Assembly (NCBI GenBank): GCA_964485575.1
Contig: CAZAJO010000001.1
Location: 59,602-123,601 of the forward strand
DNA: 64,000 bases
Direction: 5' to 3'
Source of the DNA: an uncultured Gammaproteobacteria bacterium
GTDB taxonomy: Bacteria; Patescibacteriota; Microgenomatia; Levybacterales; GWA1-39-11
A program made the position numbers and the translations under genes. The notes below the pieces were generated by a model that saw nothing but the letters and a program-made list of their open reading frames with translations, was not told the origin of the DNA and made no database searches. Below, piece after piece: positions 10,141 to 20,306 of this stretch (the first letter of the stretch is position 1; every line of letters starts with the position of its first letter).

Positions 10141-11148
10141 TTATTCCTTTGGAGCAGGAACTACGTTAAGCGGCATATTGTTCATAAAACCCGTCAGATT
10201 TTGATGGGTTGTTTCTACAATCTTATGCAAAGCTTCATTGCTATTGAAAGCATTGTGTGGCGTTACAATAACATTTGGATGTTTTACTAACATATGATCC
10301 TCCAAAATTGCCATAAGTTTGTCTTTCTCAAATGACAATGAAAGAAGATCTTTCTCTTCCTCCAATAATGGCTCTTCTTCCAAAACATCAAGTCCAGCAG
10401 CTTTCACTTTGCCAGACTCTAAAGCTTTGAGAAGTGCCATGCTATCGATCAGAGCTCCTCGTGCAGTATTTATGATAACGACCCCATCCTTCATCATATT
10501 GAATTGCTCCTCTCCAACATAATGATGTGTTTCTTTTGTATAAGGGATATGAAGTGAAATAATATCCGCCTGCTGATAAAGCAAAGGTAACTCAACAAAT
10601 TTGCATCCCAATTCTTTTTCAAGAGCATAGTCTGGAGTTCTTTTGTAGACGATCGCATTCATCCCAAACCCCCGTGCAATTCTTATTACGTTTGTTCCGA
10701 TACTACCTACCCCTATTACACCAATTGTTTTACCTCTCAATTCAAATCCAGTCAGACCACTTGGCATGAAATCTCCCTCCTTGACCCTCTCCATGGATTC
10801 GGGAAGCCTTCTTGAAATCGCCAACAGTAAAGCAAATGTATGCTCAGCGACAATAGTCTCTCCATATGATGGGACATTTGAAATCAGAATGTTTCGATTT
10901 TTACATTCTTCAGAATCGATATGATCAAAGCCTGTGGACATTGTTGTTATGAATTTAAGATTGGGCATCTTATCAAGTAGTTCTTTATTCATTTGGGAAT
11001 GTATAAAGATGATCACAACGTCAAATGTTTCAAGTCCGGGAGTTTCTGGAGACAAAGGCTCATCAAAAAAAACTAATTCATTATTGGTTATCTCTCGCTG
11101 AAAGTATTCTTTCTCCCAATTTTCAAGTTCAAAAAATGCGTATTTCAT
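10141..11148 (-). CDS. D-isomer-specific 2-hydroxyacid dehydrogenase (D-lactate dehydrogenase-like)
   Basis: STGFDHID, NVPSYG, GVIGVGSIG, INTARGALID, GLDVLEEE and VTPHNAF. Confidence 0.92.
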   Translation of the reverse strand: MKYAFFELENWEKEYFQREITNNELVFFDEPLSPETPGLETFDVVIIFIHSQMNKELLDKMPNLKFITTMSTGFDHIDSEECKNRNILISNVPSYGETIVAEHTFALLLAISRRLPESMERVKEGDFMPSGLTGFELRGKTIGVIGVGSIGTNVIRIARGFGMNAIVYKRTPDYALEKELGCKFVELPLLYQQADIISLHIPYTKETHHYVGEEQFNMMKDGVVIINTARGALIDSMALLKALESGKVKAAGLDVLEEEPLLEEEKDLLSLSFEKDKLMAILEDHMLVKHPNVIVTPHNAFNSNEALHKIVETTHQNLTGFMNNMPLNVVPAPKE

Positions 11149-11244
11149 AGATAAAATACCGCAATCTATACCGAGAGTCTCTTCAAAACGTAGTTTTAAA
11201 AAAAGAGTTATCGGTATGGCAGTTAATAAAGTATATGGAATTTA

Positions 11245-13599
11245 CTACCTAATAACAAGCGAATTGTCTTCAACCCTTATTGCTGCAGACCCACCTTTCT
11301 GCAATGAATTAGAAAGAAGTAGTTTCGAAAGTTGATTTTCGATCGTAGCTTCAATAAATCTTCTTACATTCCTAGCTCCGAATTCTGTACTAAATGAGTT
11401 TTTTGCAACAAACTCAGTGACATCATCTCCGTATGACAGTGTGATTTGCTGCTCAGAGATCTTATCAACTGATTCCTGTAAAAATAACTTAGCAACAGAA
11501 ATTGCATCTTTTTCTGACAATGGCCTAAACACTATTACGTCATCAAATCTATTTATAAGCTCCGGCTTGTAGATGCCGGATTGTTGTATCTTTTCTATAA
11601 GTTCCTTCTTAACATCCTCAATAACTACTCTTTCTTTATATTTTTCCCGTATAAATTCACTTCCAGCATTCGAGGTAGCAATGATGATGGCATTTTTAAA
11701 CGAGATGACTCTTCCCAAGTGGTCTGTCAATCTCCCCTCATCCAATACCTGCAAGAAAAGGTCATGCACACCTTTTGATGCTTTCTCAAATTCATCAAGC
11801 AGTATTAAAGAAAAAGGATTATGTAGTACTTTGTCGACAAATCCCTCTCCTAACAAAAGATTTATAGCATCATCATTTTGATACTCACTCATATCAAGCC
11901 GTATCATTGCCTTTTCATCACCAAAATAAGATGACGCAAGAGCCTTTGCGGTCTGGGTTTTTCCGACTCCGGTCGGTCCTAGAAATAAAAATGAAGCGAT
12001 AGGTTTTCCTTCGTTCTTCATTCCAGATCTCACCCTTCTCATGGCGTTTGAGATGGCACTAACAGCTTCATCTTGAGAAATAACCCTTTTGTGAATCGTA
12101 GCTTCAAGATCCAGAAGTTTTTCACTTTCTTGTTCGTCTGGTTTGTCTAACAGTAAATTAGTTTTTTCTCCCACAAAACTCCTGACTTCGTCTTCCGTAA
12201 TTTTTTTTACTCCGTGAGTCTTACTGTTTGCTATGACATCCTCCATCAACCTTACTGCTCTTCCAGGCATCGCTGTCCCATCGTTCTCATAAGAATCGGA
12301 AAGATTACATACCTCCTTCAAGGCGTTGTATGAAATTGACACATGATTTGCTTTTTCAAGATCTTTTGATTTCTCAAGAACCATAAAAAGTGCAGTCTCC
12401 GCGTCTGGCTCTGCTACTTCGACGACATCAAATAATTCCTTAATTTCTTGTTTTTGATATATATATGTATTGAATGCATCCTCTGTGGTACTCCCGATTA
12501 TTTTGATCCTGCTACTTTTCAGGTACTCAACCAAAGCGCCTGAGATATCCATAGATAGTCCTCCTCCCCCAAAAATATTTTCAATATTTGGGATATAAAC
12601 GACGACATTGCCTGCATGTGCTAACTCTGAAAATAACTCGACAAAGCGCATCTCCAGATCTCCCTGATTTTCAACTCCTGCAAGAAGACGTTCTGAATAA
12701 AACTTAAAGACAATCTTGTTTGAAATATTTTTTGGCAAAACACCCATGTCGGAATCGAGAGCAAATTCTGCAATCAACGCGGTTTTACCAACTCCTGCAG
12801 GACCGACCAATAACACATTACTTGAATGGTTCTTTGAAAGAGCGGTAATAAGTAAGTCGTATTCCTTATCCCGTCCTATTGGACTTATGACAGGCCCTGA
12901 AAGAATTTCTCTGGTGAAATTGTAAGCATATTGCAACAATTGTTGATTCCATCCAAAGACAAAAAAATCGAATGCTCCGCTACCGGTAAATCTCAAATGA
13001 TACCGTTTTTTGTGATCTATCCCGTACTGCTTTCTTACCCATGAAAGAATGGTTACAATATCTTTCTCATCGATTCCATTTTCAAATAAAGTTTTATTTT
13101 GATCATCAAGCAGTAGTAAATAAGACGCATAGATATCAACTCCATGGATATATGTACCATCAATAGTAGTAACAAGCTCTGCTGCTTTTTTAAGCACTTC
13201 CTCTTCAGTTACTTTTACCTCATTCTTCTTGAATGAATATTGTAGTAACTTATTGAAATACCTGATTTCTCCCTCGCCAAGCAATCCACAAATCACCTCC
13301 AACATCGTTTTTTTTCTTTCTAAAATTACACGTGTCTTAAAATCGGTACACTCAATGACGTGCATGACATTATCAGAGATTTTTTTAGAAGGACTATTAT
13401 TCTCAAGTTTGAAATGGATGAAAAATTCTTGAAGAATCAGTACAAAATAGATGGGAAGAAGATGGATTATAAATACAGGGTTTTTCAGATTGTAATAAAC
13501 AATAAGTCCAATACCAAAAAAGGTAAGAACCCGTAACCAACGGATAATAGGGTTGTCAAAAAAATAGTAAAGAAAATAATATTTATTCTTCATAATCAA
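11245..13599 (-). CDS. Membrane-anchored Clp/Hsp100-family AAA+ ATPase with degenerate D1 and missing pore loops
   Basis: Two N-terminal TM helices. D1 Walker A GPAGVGKT but Walker B reads VYIPNIE. D2 has GPTGVGKT, LILLDEFEKA, IIIATSN, PELINRFD and FGARNVRR. Confidence 0.88.
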   Translation of the reverse strand: MIMKNKYYFLYYFFDNPIIRWLRVLTFFGIGLIVYYNLKNPVFIIHLLPIYFVLILQEFFIHFKLENNSPSKKISDNVMHVIECTDFKTRVILERKKTMLEVICGLLGEGEIRYFNKLLQYSFKKNEVKVTEEEVLKKAAELVTTIDGTYIHGVDIYASYLLLLDDQNKTLFENGIDEKDIVTILSWVRKQYGIDHKKRYHLRFTGSGAFDFFVFGWNQQLLQYAYNFTREILSGPVISPIGRDKEYDLLITALSKNHSSNVLLVGPAGVGKTALIAEFALDSDMGVLPKNISNKIVFKFYSERLLAGVENQGDLEMRFVELFSELAHAGNVVVYIPNIENIFGGGGLSMDISGALVEYLKSSRIKIIGSTTEDAFNTYIYQKQEIKELFDVVEVAEPDAETALFMVLEKSKDLEKANHVSISYNALKEVCNLSDSYENDGTAMPGRAVRLMEDVIANSKTHGVKKITEDEVRSFVGEKTNLLLDKPDEQESEKLLDLEATIHKRVISQDEAVSAISNAMRRVRSGMKNEGKPIASFLFLGPTGVGKTQTAKALASSYFGDEKAMIRLDMSEYQNDDAINLLLGEGFVDKVLHNPFSLILLDEFEKASKGVHDLFLQVLDEGRLTDHLGRVISFKNAIIIATSNAGSEFIREKYKERVVIEDVKKELIEKIQQSGIYKPELINRFDDVIVFRPLSEKDAISVAKLFLQESVDKISEQQITLSYGDDVTEFVAKNSFSTEFGARNVRRFIEATIENQLSKLLLSNSLQKGGSAAIRVEDNSLVIR

Positions 13600-13934
13600 A
13601 AACCTTTGTAAAATATGAGCGCAACCAATGCGAATGGCAACAATAATAAAAAGACCCCTATCAGAAATTCAATAAACAAAAGAAATAAAACAAGAAGTAG
13701 CGAGATAGAAATGAGTACAGATTTGATAACCATTCCAAAAATGATTGAGAATAGTACCAATCCTTGCCTATATTCATTTTTAAGAGGTTTGAAAAATGTT
13801 TTTATAAGAAGCTGAAGAGACAGCAATGAAGCAACATAACGGTTAAGGTCTATAAAGAAATCGAGTAGTCCCCCTAAAACATCTTTATACCAAAAAACGA
13901 TCAAATAAAATGGATAGTATAGAAAGGCAAGCAT
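13596..13934 (-). CDS. Small hydrophobic membrane protein, translationally coupled to the Clp ATPase
   Basis: Multiple hydrophobic segments; ATGA overlap with the downstream gene at 13596-13599. Start may be 13934 or 13967. Confidence 0.75.
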   Translation of the reverse strand: MLAFLYYPFYLIVFWYKDVLGGLLDFFIDLNRYVASLLSLQLLIKTFFKPLKNEYRQGLVLFSIIFGMVIKSVLISISLLLVLFLLFIEFLIGVFLLLLPFALVALIFYKGF

Positions 13935-14077
13935 TTGTACATTTAGTTTACGGTAAGCTCGAATCATAAATCAAGGATAGCCGGAATTAGGTTGTTTGAG
14001 TCTTCAGAAATATTGTATGATTAGCTTATGTAGACTCGAAACCAATCGAGTTATATGTGTTTGTCTAACTGCCCTAT

Positions 14078-15769
14078 ATGATTCTGTCCGATGATCAAAT
14101 AAAAGCACTTGTCCTGAAAACAGGCCTTGCTACCCAACAAAGCCTGCAAGAACTCGTCGAGTTCTCAAAAAACTCCAATGTTACCCTTGCGGATGCACTT
14201 ATTGAGAAGGATGTAATTTCAGACGAGAACTTAGGCATCCTTATCGCTGACTTTCTCCATATTCCATTTATAGTTCTTTCAAAACTATCAATTCCTGAAG
14301 AGGTCTTTCATGTCGTTCCTGAAAAAATAGCTAGAAAACATAAAGTAATACCATTTGAAAAGAATAGTGAAGGATTGAAGGTTGCAACTGTCGATCCAAG
14401 AAACAGCGAGGTTCTTCAAGCAATCAGTAAAAAGACAGGTCTGAAAGTAATCCCCTATCTAACGACTGAACGGGATGTTGATAATATCCTACGTATATAT
14501 AAGAGGGATCTTCAAAAATCTTTCGAACAACTCCTTCAAAAAGAACTTGGGATTTCCGATATATCAAAAGTAACCGATGCTGCTCCGATTGAAAAGATAG
14601 TCAATCTTCTTGTGGAGTTTGGATATAGCGATAAAGTATCAGACATCCATATTGAACCAGAAGAAAAAGATTCATTAGTCCGCTTTAGGATAGACGGCAT
14701 TCTACATGACGTTTTATACCTTCCTAAAAATTTCCATGAGAGGATCATTTCCCGTATAAAAATACTTTCGAAGTTACGCACCGACGAACATTTAAGCCCT
14801 CAAGACGGAAAAATGCGCATAAAACTTGACGAGGAGAATCTCGATATCCGTGTATCTGTACTTCCGATTGCCGATGGTGAAAAGGCAGTTCTTAGGCTTC
14901 TTGCTTCCCATTTCCGTCAATTTTCTCTGATAGACCTTGGAATGAGTGAGCCTGATCTTAAAAAAGTTACGAATGCCTATAGCAAATCATATGGCATGGT
15001 ACTTTCGACCGGACCTACCGGAAGTGGCAAGACTACGTCAATCTACGCCATATTAAAAATCCTTAACACCCGTGAGAAAAATATTACAACGATTGAAGAC
15101 CCGGTTGAGTACCGAATAAAAGGGGTCAATCAGATCAATGTAAATCAAAAAACTGATCTGACATTTGCTAACGGGTTGCGATCTATACTAAGACAAGATC
15201 CTAATGTCGTTTTCGTAGGAGAAATCCGTGATGGAGAGACAGCTGGCATTGCTGTGAATGCTGCCTTAACCGGTCACTTAGTTCTCTCTACCCTACACAC
15301 TAATGATGCAGCAACTGCTCTTCCGCGGCTTATTGATATGAAAGTTGAACCATTCCTTGTGGCATCAACAGTAAATGTCATCATCGCCCAACGTCTGATC
15401 AGAAAGATCTGTGATATGTGCAAAATGTCATATGAAATACTAAGAACTGATCTTGCTAAAAACTTACCATCAACAATTATTTCGAGGCACTTCGGCGACA
15501 GAGAAAATGTCAAACTGTATAAAGGGAAAGGTTGTAAAATTTGCCATTCAACCGGATACTCCGGTCGTCTTGGAGTGTTTGAGGTTTTGGAGGTAACAAA
15601 AGATATAAAAGAATTGATTACAGCAAAAAATGATTCGGACGTCATTACAAAAAAAGCTGTCGAAGAAGGAATGACGACCATGCTTAATGATGGTCTTATG
15701 AAGGTTGCAAAAGGCACTACAACACTTGAGGAAGTCTTAAGAGTAACACGAGTAGAAACGTCATCATGA
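14078..15769 (+). CDS. pilB: Type IV pilus assembly ATPase PilB / GspE family
   Basis: SDIHIEP, GPTGSGKTT, TIEDPVEY, LRQDPNVVFVGEIRD, TGHLVLSTLHTND and tetracysteine CDMC...CKIC. Confidence 0.95.
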   Translation: MILSDDQIKALVLKTGLATQQSLQELVEFSKNSNVTLADALIEKDVISDENLGILIADFLHIPFIVLSKLSIPEEVFHVVPEKIARKHKVIPFEKNSEGLKVATVDPRNSEVLQAISKKTGLKVIPYLTTERDVDNILRIYKRDLQKSFEQLLQKELGISDISKVTDAAPIEKIVNLLVEFGYSDKVSDIHIEPEEKDSLVRFRIDGILHDVLYLPKNFHERIISRIKILSKLRTDEHLSPQDGKMRIKLDEENLDIRVSVLPIADGEKAVLRLLASHFRQFSLIDLGMSEPDLKKVTNAYSKSYGMVLSTGPTGSGKTTSIYAILKILNTREKNITTIEDPVEYRIKGVNQINVNQKTDLTFANGLRSILRQDPNVVFVGEIRDGETAGIAVNAALTGHLVLSTLHTNDAATALPRLIDMKVEPFLVASTVNVIIAQRLIRKICDMCKMSYEILRTDLAKNLPSTIISRHFGDRENVKLYKGKGCKICHSTGYSGRLGVFEVLEVTKDIKELITAKNDSDVITKKAVEEGMTTMLNDGLMKVAKGTTTLEEVLRVTRVETSS

Positions 15770-16839
15770 TGGAAATATTTAGTAACAACAATCCAAAATC
15801 GTTGAGGATCTCAACATCTGAGAAATTGGGACTGATCAGCAATCTAGCGACAATGCTATCTGCTGGCATTTCCATTCTTGAGGTTGTAGACTCTTTGCTT
15901 GAAGATGCAAAAGGAAACCAGAAAAAACTTCTAGACTCATTAAAAGCAGACCTTGCTCAAGGAAATCATGTCTCTGATGCCTTAGGTAAATTTCCAAAGA
16001 TTTTTGACAAGATCACCGTTAACCTCATCAAGGCTTCTGAGGAAGCCGGAACACTTGACGTAACGCTTGTTGACCTGAAGTCCTCCATTAAAAAAGATGC
16101 AGAATTCATGGACAAGATCAAAGGTGCCTTGACATATCCTGTTCTTATTCTTTTTGTCTTTGCTGGTGTTCTCGTCATGATTCTGATTGTCGTAATCCCA
16201 AAGATATCTAGTGTTTTTTTGAGACTCAATGTAGACCTACCCCTTCCTACACAAATACTTATTGGGATGTCACAAGTCTTGACCCAATATACGATATTTG
16301 TTTTTCTTGGGATTGCACTTGTAGGGATTGGAGGATTTCTTTTTTACCGTGAGAAGAAGCGAACGTTTTTACATATTCTTTTCATGCTACCGCTTGTCTC
16401 AACGCTTTCTCAACAAATTGACCTGACCCGATTCTCAAGAAGTCTTTATCTATTGTTAAATGCCGGAATTCCAATCGCTGCCGCACTAGAGCTTGCCCAA
16501 GAAGTGGTCTTAAAAAAAGAAGTAAGTGATGCCATTGGGCATTGCAAGGATGTTGTTTTGGCTGGAAGCGAACTGTCTGATGGATTAAAAAATGCAAAAA
16601 ATATTTTTCCTAATATCATGATAAAAATTACCGAAGCTGGGGAAAAAAGCGGATCTTTGGATAAATCAATGCAAGATGTCTCGGAATATCTGGACTACCA
16701 AGTTGAAAACACTCTCAAGACATTGACGACTCTTCTTGAACCTCTCATGCTCATATTCGTAGGCGTTCTTGTTGGAGGGATGATGTTATCAATTATCGCA
16801 CCGATCTATGGACTTATCGGACAAGTAAGTTCTCACTAA
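15766..16839 (+). CDS. pilC: Type IV pilus platform protein PilC / GspF family
   Basis: LATMLSAGISI, ASEEAGTLD, ALTYP, AGEKSGSLD and LLEPLMLIFVG...IIAPIY. Confidence 0.95.
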   Translation: MMEIFSNNNPKSLRISTSEKLGLISNLATMLSAGISILEVVDSLLEDAKGNQKKLLDSLKADLAQGNHVSDALGKFPKIFDKITVNLIKASEEAGTLDVTLVDLKSSIKKDAEFMDKIKGALTYPVLILFVFAGVLVMILIVVIPKISSVFLRLNVDLPLPTQILIGMSQVLTQYTIFVFLGIALVGIGGFLFYREKKRTFLHILFMLPLVSTLSQQIDLTRFSRSLYLLLNAGIPIAAALELAQEVVLKKEVSDAIGHCKDVVLAGSELSDGLKNAKNIFPNIMIKITEAGEKSGSLDKSMQDVSEYLDYQVENTLKTLTTLLEPLMLIFVGVLVGGMMLSIIAPIYGLIGQVSSH

Positions 16840-16840
16840 C

Positions 16841-17356
16841 ATGTTTTGCCGAAACCCAAAAACTCTAGACCTCAATTTGAAAAGTGAAAGCGGGTTAACC
16901 TTAATAGAACTGCTTCTTGTCATAGGAATTCTTTCTATCCTTTTTGCTATCGGGATAGTAAGTCTTACTAATATAAGAGTCATTTCCGGTAACAGCAGCG
17001 CGAGTGTTGTCCTTATTTCTGATTTGAAGACACAACAGATAAAAGCGATGACCGGGGACACTGAAGGACGCGGAGTTCCTGACAATTATGGTGTCAAAAT
17101 CCTTTCTAACAGATATGTTCTATTTCATGGACTTTCTTATAACCCTCTAGACACTTCAAATTTTTCTGTACCAGTAGACAGCGGATATTTACTTAGTACA
17201 ACTTTTCCGAATAGTACAATAATATTCGCGTCAGAAAGTGGTCAATTAGTTGGATTTGTCGCAAACCAGAATACAATCATGCTCACAAGCACTCCATCCG
17301 GACAAGTCAAGACTATCCAATTCAATGCATATGGAACAATTACAGATATTAATTAA
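16841..17356 (+). CDS. Minor type IV pilin (FimT/GspH-like)
   Basis: Class III signal SG/LTLIELLLVIGIL with E5. Confidence 0.85.
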   Translation: MFCRNPKTLDLNLKSESGLTLIELLLVIGILSILFAIGIVSLTNIRVISGNSSASVVLISDLKTQQIKAMTGDTEGRGVPDNYGVKILSNRYVLFHGLSYNPLDTSNFSVPVDSGYLLSTTFPNSTIIFASESGQLVGFVANQNTIMLTSTPSGQVKTIQFNAYGTITDIN

Positions 17357-20306
17357 AAAATTTAAAAAACGGGAGGAAGGACAACTTCTAATTGAGATTA
17401 TCCTTGCCATTGCCATAACCGCAATCATGCTCCCTGCTCTTCTGACAGGACTTTTTTCCTCAAAACAAGGAAAAGCGCAACAAGGTCAAAGAGTTCAGGC
17501 CGTTGCTCTTATGAAAGAAGCTGAAGAAGTAGTCAGAAATGTTCGCGAACAAGGGTGGACACTTTTTTCTGTCAATGGTACATATCATCCGTTGATCTCA
17601 GGGACTACGTGGTCCTTTGCATCAGGAAGCGAAAATGTTAATGGATTGACAAGGACAATAACAGTAAGTGATGTCTATCGGGACAATAATGGAGTCGTCG
17701 TAACAAGCGGGGGTACTCTTGATCCTTCAACAAAAAAAGTCTACATACAAATAACATGGGGACAACCATATGCTTCATCAGTTGATTCTACAATTTATGT
17801 AACACGATATTTGCAAAACAATGCATCAACCCAAACAAGTATCGCGGATTTTAATGCTGGAACTACCCAAGATACTGCTGTCACCAACACGTCAGGAGGA
17901 GAAATAACACTCGCACCAAACACGAAAGGTAAATGGTGTTCACCAAGTTTTTCAAGTGCCACTATTACACTTCCCGATGGACCACCGGTTGCAGTTGCAG
18001 CAACCGCAAGTGCTTCTTCTGTTTCAACACCTAATGACGTTTTTGTTGCAACTTCACCAACAACGGCAAACTCATTCAAGCTAGCGCATGTGAAAGTGAC
18101 CGCTGACACTGATCCTCCCGTACCAACATTAAGAGGAACATTCACTCTTGATTCAACTAAATATAGTAACGGCTCGCTGGTTCCTGTAAACCCAGGACTT
18201 GATAACAGTTTTATGACAAACGCAATTAAATACTACAAGTCCTCTAGTGGTAAATTGTATGCGCTTATTGCAACCACTAAGTCTGACCGTGAAGTCATAG
18301 CTATCCTTGTTGATGACGGAAATGCAGGTAACGATAGCACTAACAATGGAGAGTATCAGGATTATGTAAATAAGATCTATAAATACTGGACATTTTTCGA
18401 CACAAAGATTTATGGAGCTGCTTCGGGACTTGATACTGGATTTCTGAGTCCGTCAGCAAATACCGCAGACTCTGGTGGTGATGGTAACGGATACGAAACA
18501 AATCCAACACGGGCATACTCCGCCAACTCATCATATGCGACTGATTCCAATAGCGGTAATGGTAATGGAACGAACTGTACGGGATCAGATAAAGACAAAC
18601 ATAGATTCTATAATTACGGAATATCTCTACCAAACGGAAGCACTATCGATGGGATAGAGATCCGATTGGATGGAAGAGCTGACAGTACTACGGGGAGTCC
18701 AAAATTTTGCGTACAACTCTCATGGGATGGAGGAACAACGTGGACAAGTGCAAAATCCTCAAATAATTTAACTACCAACAATGCAACATACACATTGGGT
18801 GGATCTTCAGATAACTGGGGAAGGACATGGACTGATACTGAAATGGATGATGCCAATTTTAGAGTGAGGGTTATTGATATTTCAAGCTCGACACGTACTT
18901 TTTCTCTCGACTGGGTTGCAACAAAAGTCTATTACAGCGGTGGTTCACTTTCGACTTCAGACCAAGCCCCATATGGAGCCGGAGGATCTTCTATCGCCGT
19001 TCTTGATGATAGAGGATATGTCACTTCTGGGGGATTTTTATATACGTTTGATTTGAGCAACATAGATAGCAAGAGTCAAAATAGCGGATTGGATATGATT
19101 GGCTGCAGGATAGAACTTGACGGGAAGGACTGTAACCCAACCACGAGTAGAGTTCGAAAATATGCAGCAGGAAGCACAGGCACAAATTGGGGAAGCGAAT
19201 CAGCAGGTCAAACAGCATGTCTTGATGGAGGAAATACTCAAATATATGCTGAAAACGATATTTATCCTGTTAAAGTTGGGACAAGTACTTATGTGTACGC
19301 GGCAGTTGGTGCTGGTACGGATCCTGAACTTGATATTGTAAATGTAAGCACTCCTCCTACCGGTGCAACAAGCCCTGCAATCAATGCGAGCATTTGTGGG
19401 ACGATAGCTAGCGGAAATGCCTCATGGAAAAGGGGTGGATCACTTGATTTCAATTCACAAAGCAACACGCAAGAGACTGCAAACTCAGTCTTTGCAAGTC
19501 CGGATGGAACGCGTGCATACATTTCTTCAAATGGTACTGTGGATGCCAATGGTGATAGCATTCCAGACAGTTGGCAATTCTATATCATCAACACTAATTC
19601 AAAAACAGCTCCCGCTTTTCTTTCAGGAACTCCTGCAACTGGCGCTACGAGTGGATATTATTATGGAACGAGTGCAGATGCCGAGTTATATCCAAGAAGA
19701 TCTCTTACAGTATTTAATGGTTCTCGTGCAATTGTTGTCGGAAAAGATGGATTGACCAATGGCAATAACGCTGCAGAGTATCAGGTAGTAAACATCACCA
19801 ACGAATCGTCCCCTTCATTTTGTGGAAGTCTTGATTTCAACCAGGGCTTTAGCGACCTTGGGTCTGTCACCGAAGCTGACAATGACAAATTTGCGTATCT
19901 TGTATCAAACACCGGGGTCAATGAATTGAAGATCATTCAGGGAGGACCTGACGGGACATATCTTGATACCGGAACATATGAATCTGCTCCACTCGATCTT
20001 GGTTCAATGGTTCAACTAAATAGACTCTCTTCAAATGCTACGGTTTCTGCGAGTACCTCTTTGCAGTATAGGGTTGCTGCAACTCTCCCGGTAAACGGTT
20101 CGTGTGCCAACGCAACATACACATATGTGGGGCCAGATGGGACAGCTGGAACATTTTTTCCTTCAACTGGAGGAGCTATCCCATTGAGTGGTATTTCGGG
20201 ATTTCAAAATCCTGCAAGATGCGTACGGTATAAAGCGTATCTTTCAACCACTGATTTTAACGTAACGCCAACACTACTGGATGCATCAATCAATTATTCA
20301 CCATGA
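17331..20306 (+). CDS. Giant prepilin-like protein (~990 aa) with beta-rich adhesin-like C-terminal domains
   Basis: KKREEG/QLLIEIILAIAI class III signal, a PilV-like pilin head, then long Ser/Thr/Gly/Asn-rich beta domains with several Cys. Start likely ATG 17331. Confidence 0.82.
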   Translation: MEQLQILIKKFKKREEGQLLIEIILAIAITAIMLPALLTGLFSSKQGKAQQGQRVQAVALMKEAEEVVRNVREQGWTLFSVNGTYHPLISGTTWSFASGSENVNGLTRTITVSDVYRDNNGVVVTSGGTLDPSTKKVYIQITWGQPYASSVDSTIYVTRYLQNNASTQTSIADFNAGTTQDTAVTNTSGGEITLAPNTKGKWCSPSFSSATITLPDGPPVAVAATASASSVSTPNDVFVATSPTTANSFKLAHVKVTADTDPPVPTLRGTFTLDSTKYSNGSLVPVNPGLDNSFMTNAIKYYKSSSGKLYALIATTKSDREVIAILVDDGNAGNDSTNNGEYQDYVNKIYKYWTFFDTKIYGAASGLDTGFLSPSANTADSGGDGNGYETNPTRAYSANSSYATDSNSGNGNGTNCTGSDKDKHRFYNYGISLPNGSTIDGIEIRLDGRADSTTGSPKFCVQLSWDGGTTWTSAKSSNNLTTNNATYTLGGSSDNWGRTWTDTEMDDANFRVRVIDISSSTRTFSLDWVATKVYYSGGSLSTSDQAPYGAGGSSIAVLDDRGYVTSGGFLYTFDLSNIDSKSQNSGLDMIGCRIELDGKDCNPTTSRVRKYAAGSTGTNWGSESAGQTACLDGGNTQIYAENDIYPVKVGTSTYVYAAVGAGTDPELDIVNVSTPPTGATSPAINASICGTIASGNASWKRGGSLDFNSQSNTQETANSVFASPDGTRAYISSNGTVDANGDSIPDSWQFYIINTNSKTAPAFLSGTPATGATSGYYYGTSADAELYPRRSLTVFNGSRAIVVGKDGLTNGNNAAEYQVVNITNESSPSFCGSLDFNQGFSDLGSVTEADNDKFAYLVSNTGVNELKIIQGGPDGTYLDTGTYESAPLDLGSMVQLNRLSSNATVSASTSLQYRVAATLPVNGSCANATYTYVGPDGTAGTFFPSTGGAIPLSGISGFQNPARCVRYKAYLSTTDFNVTPTLLDASINYSP

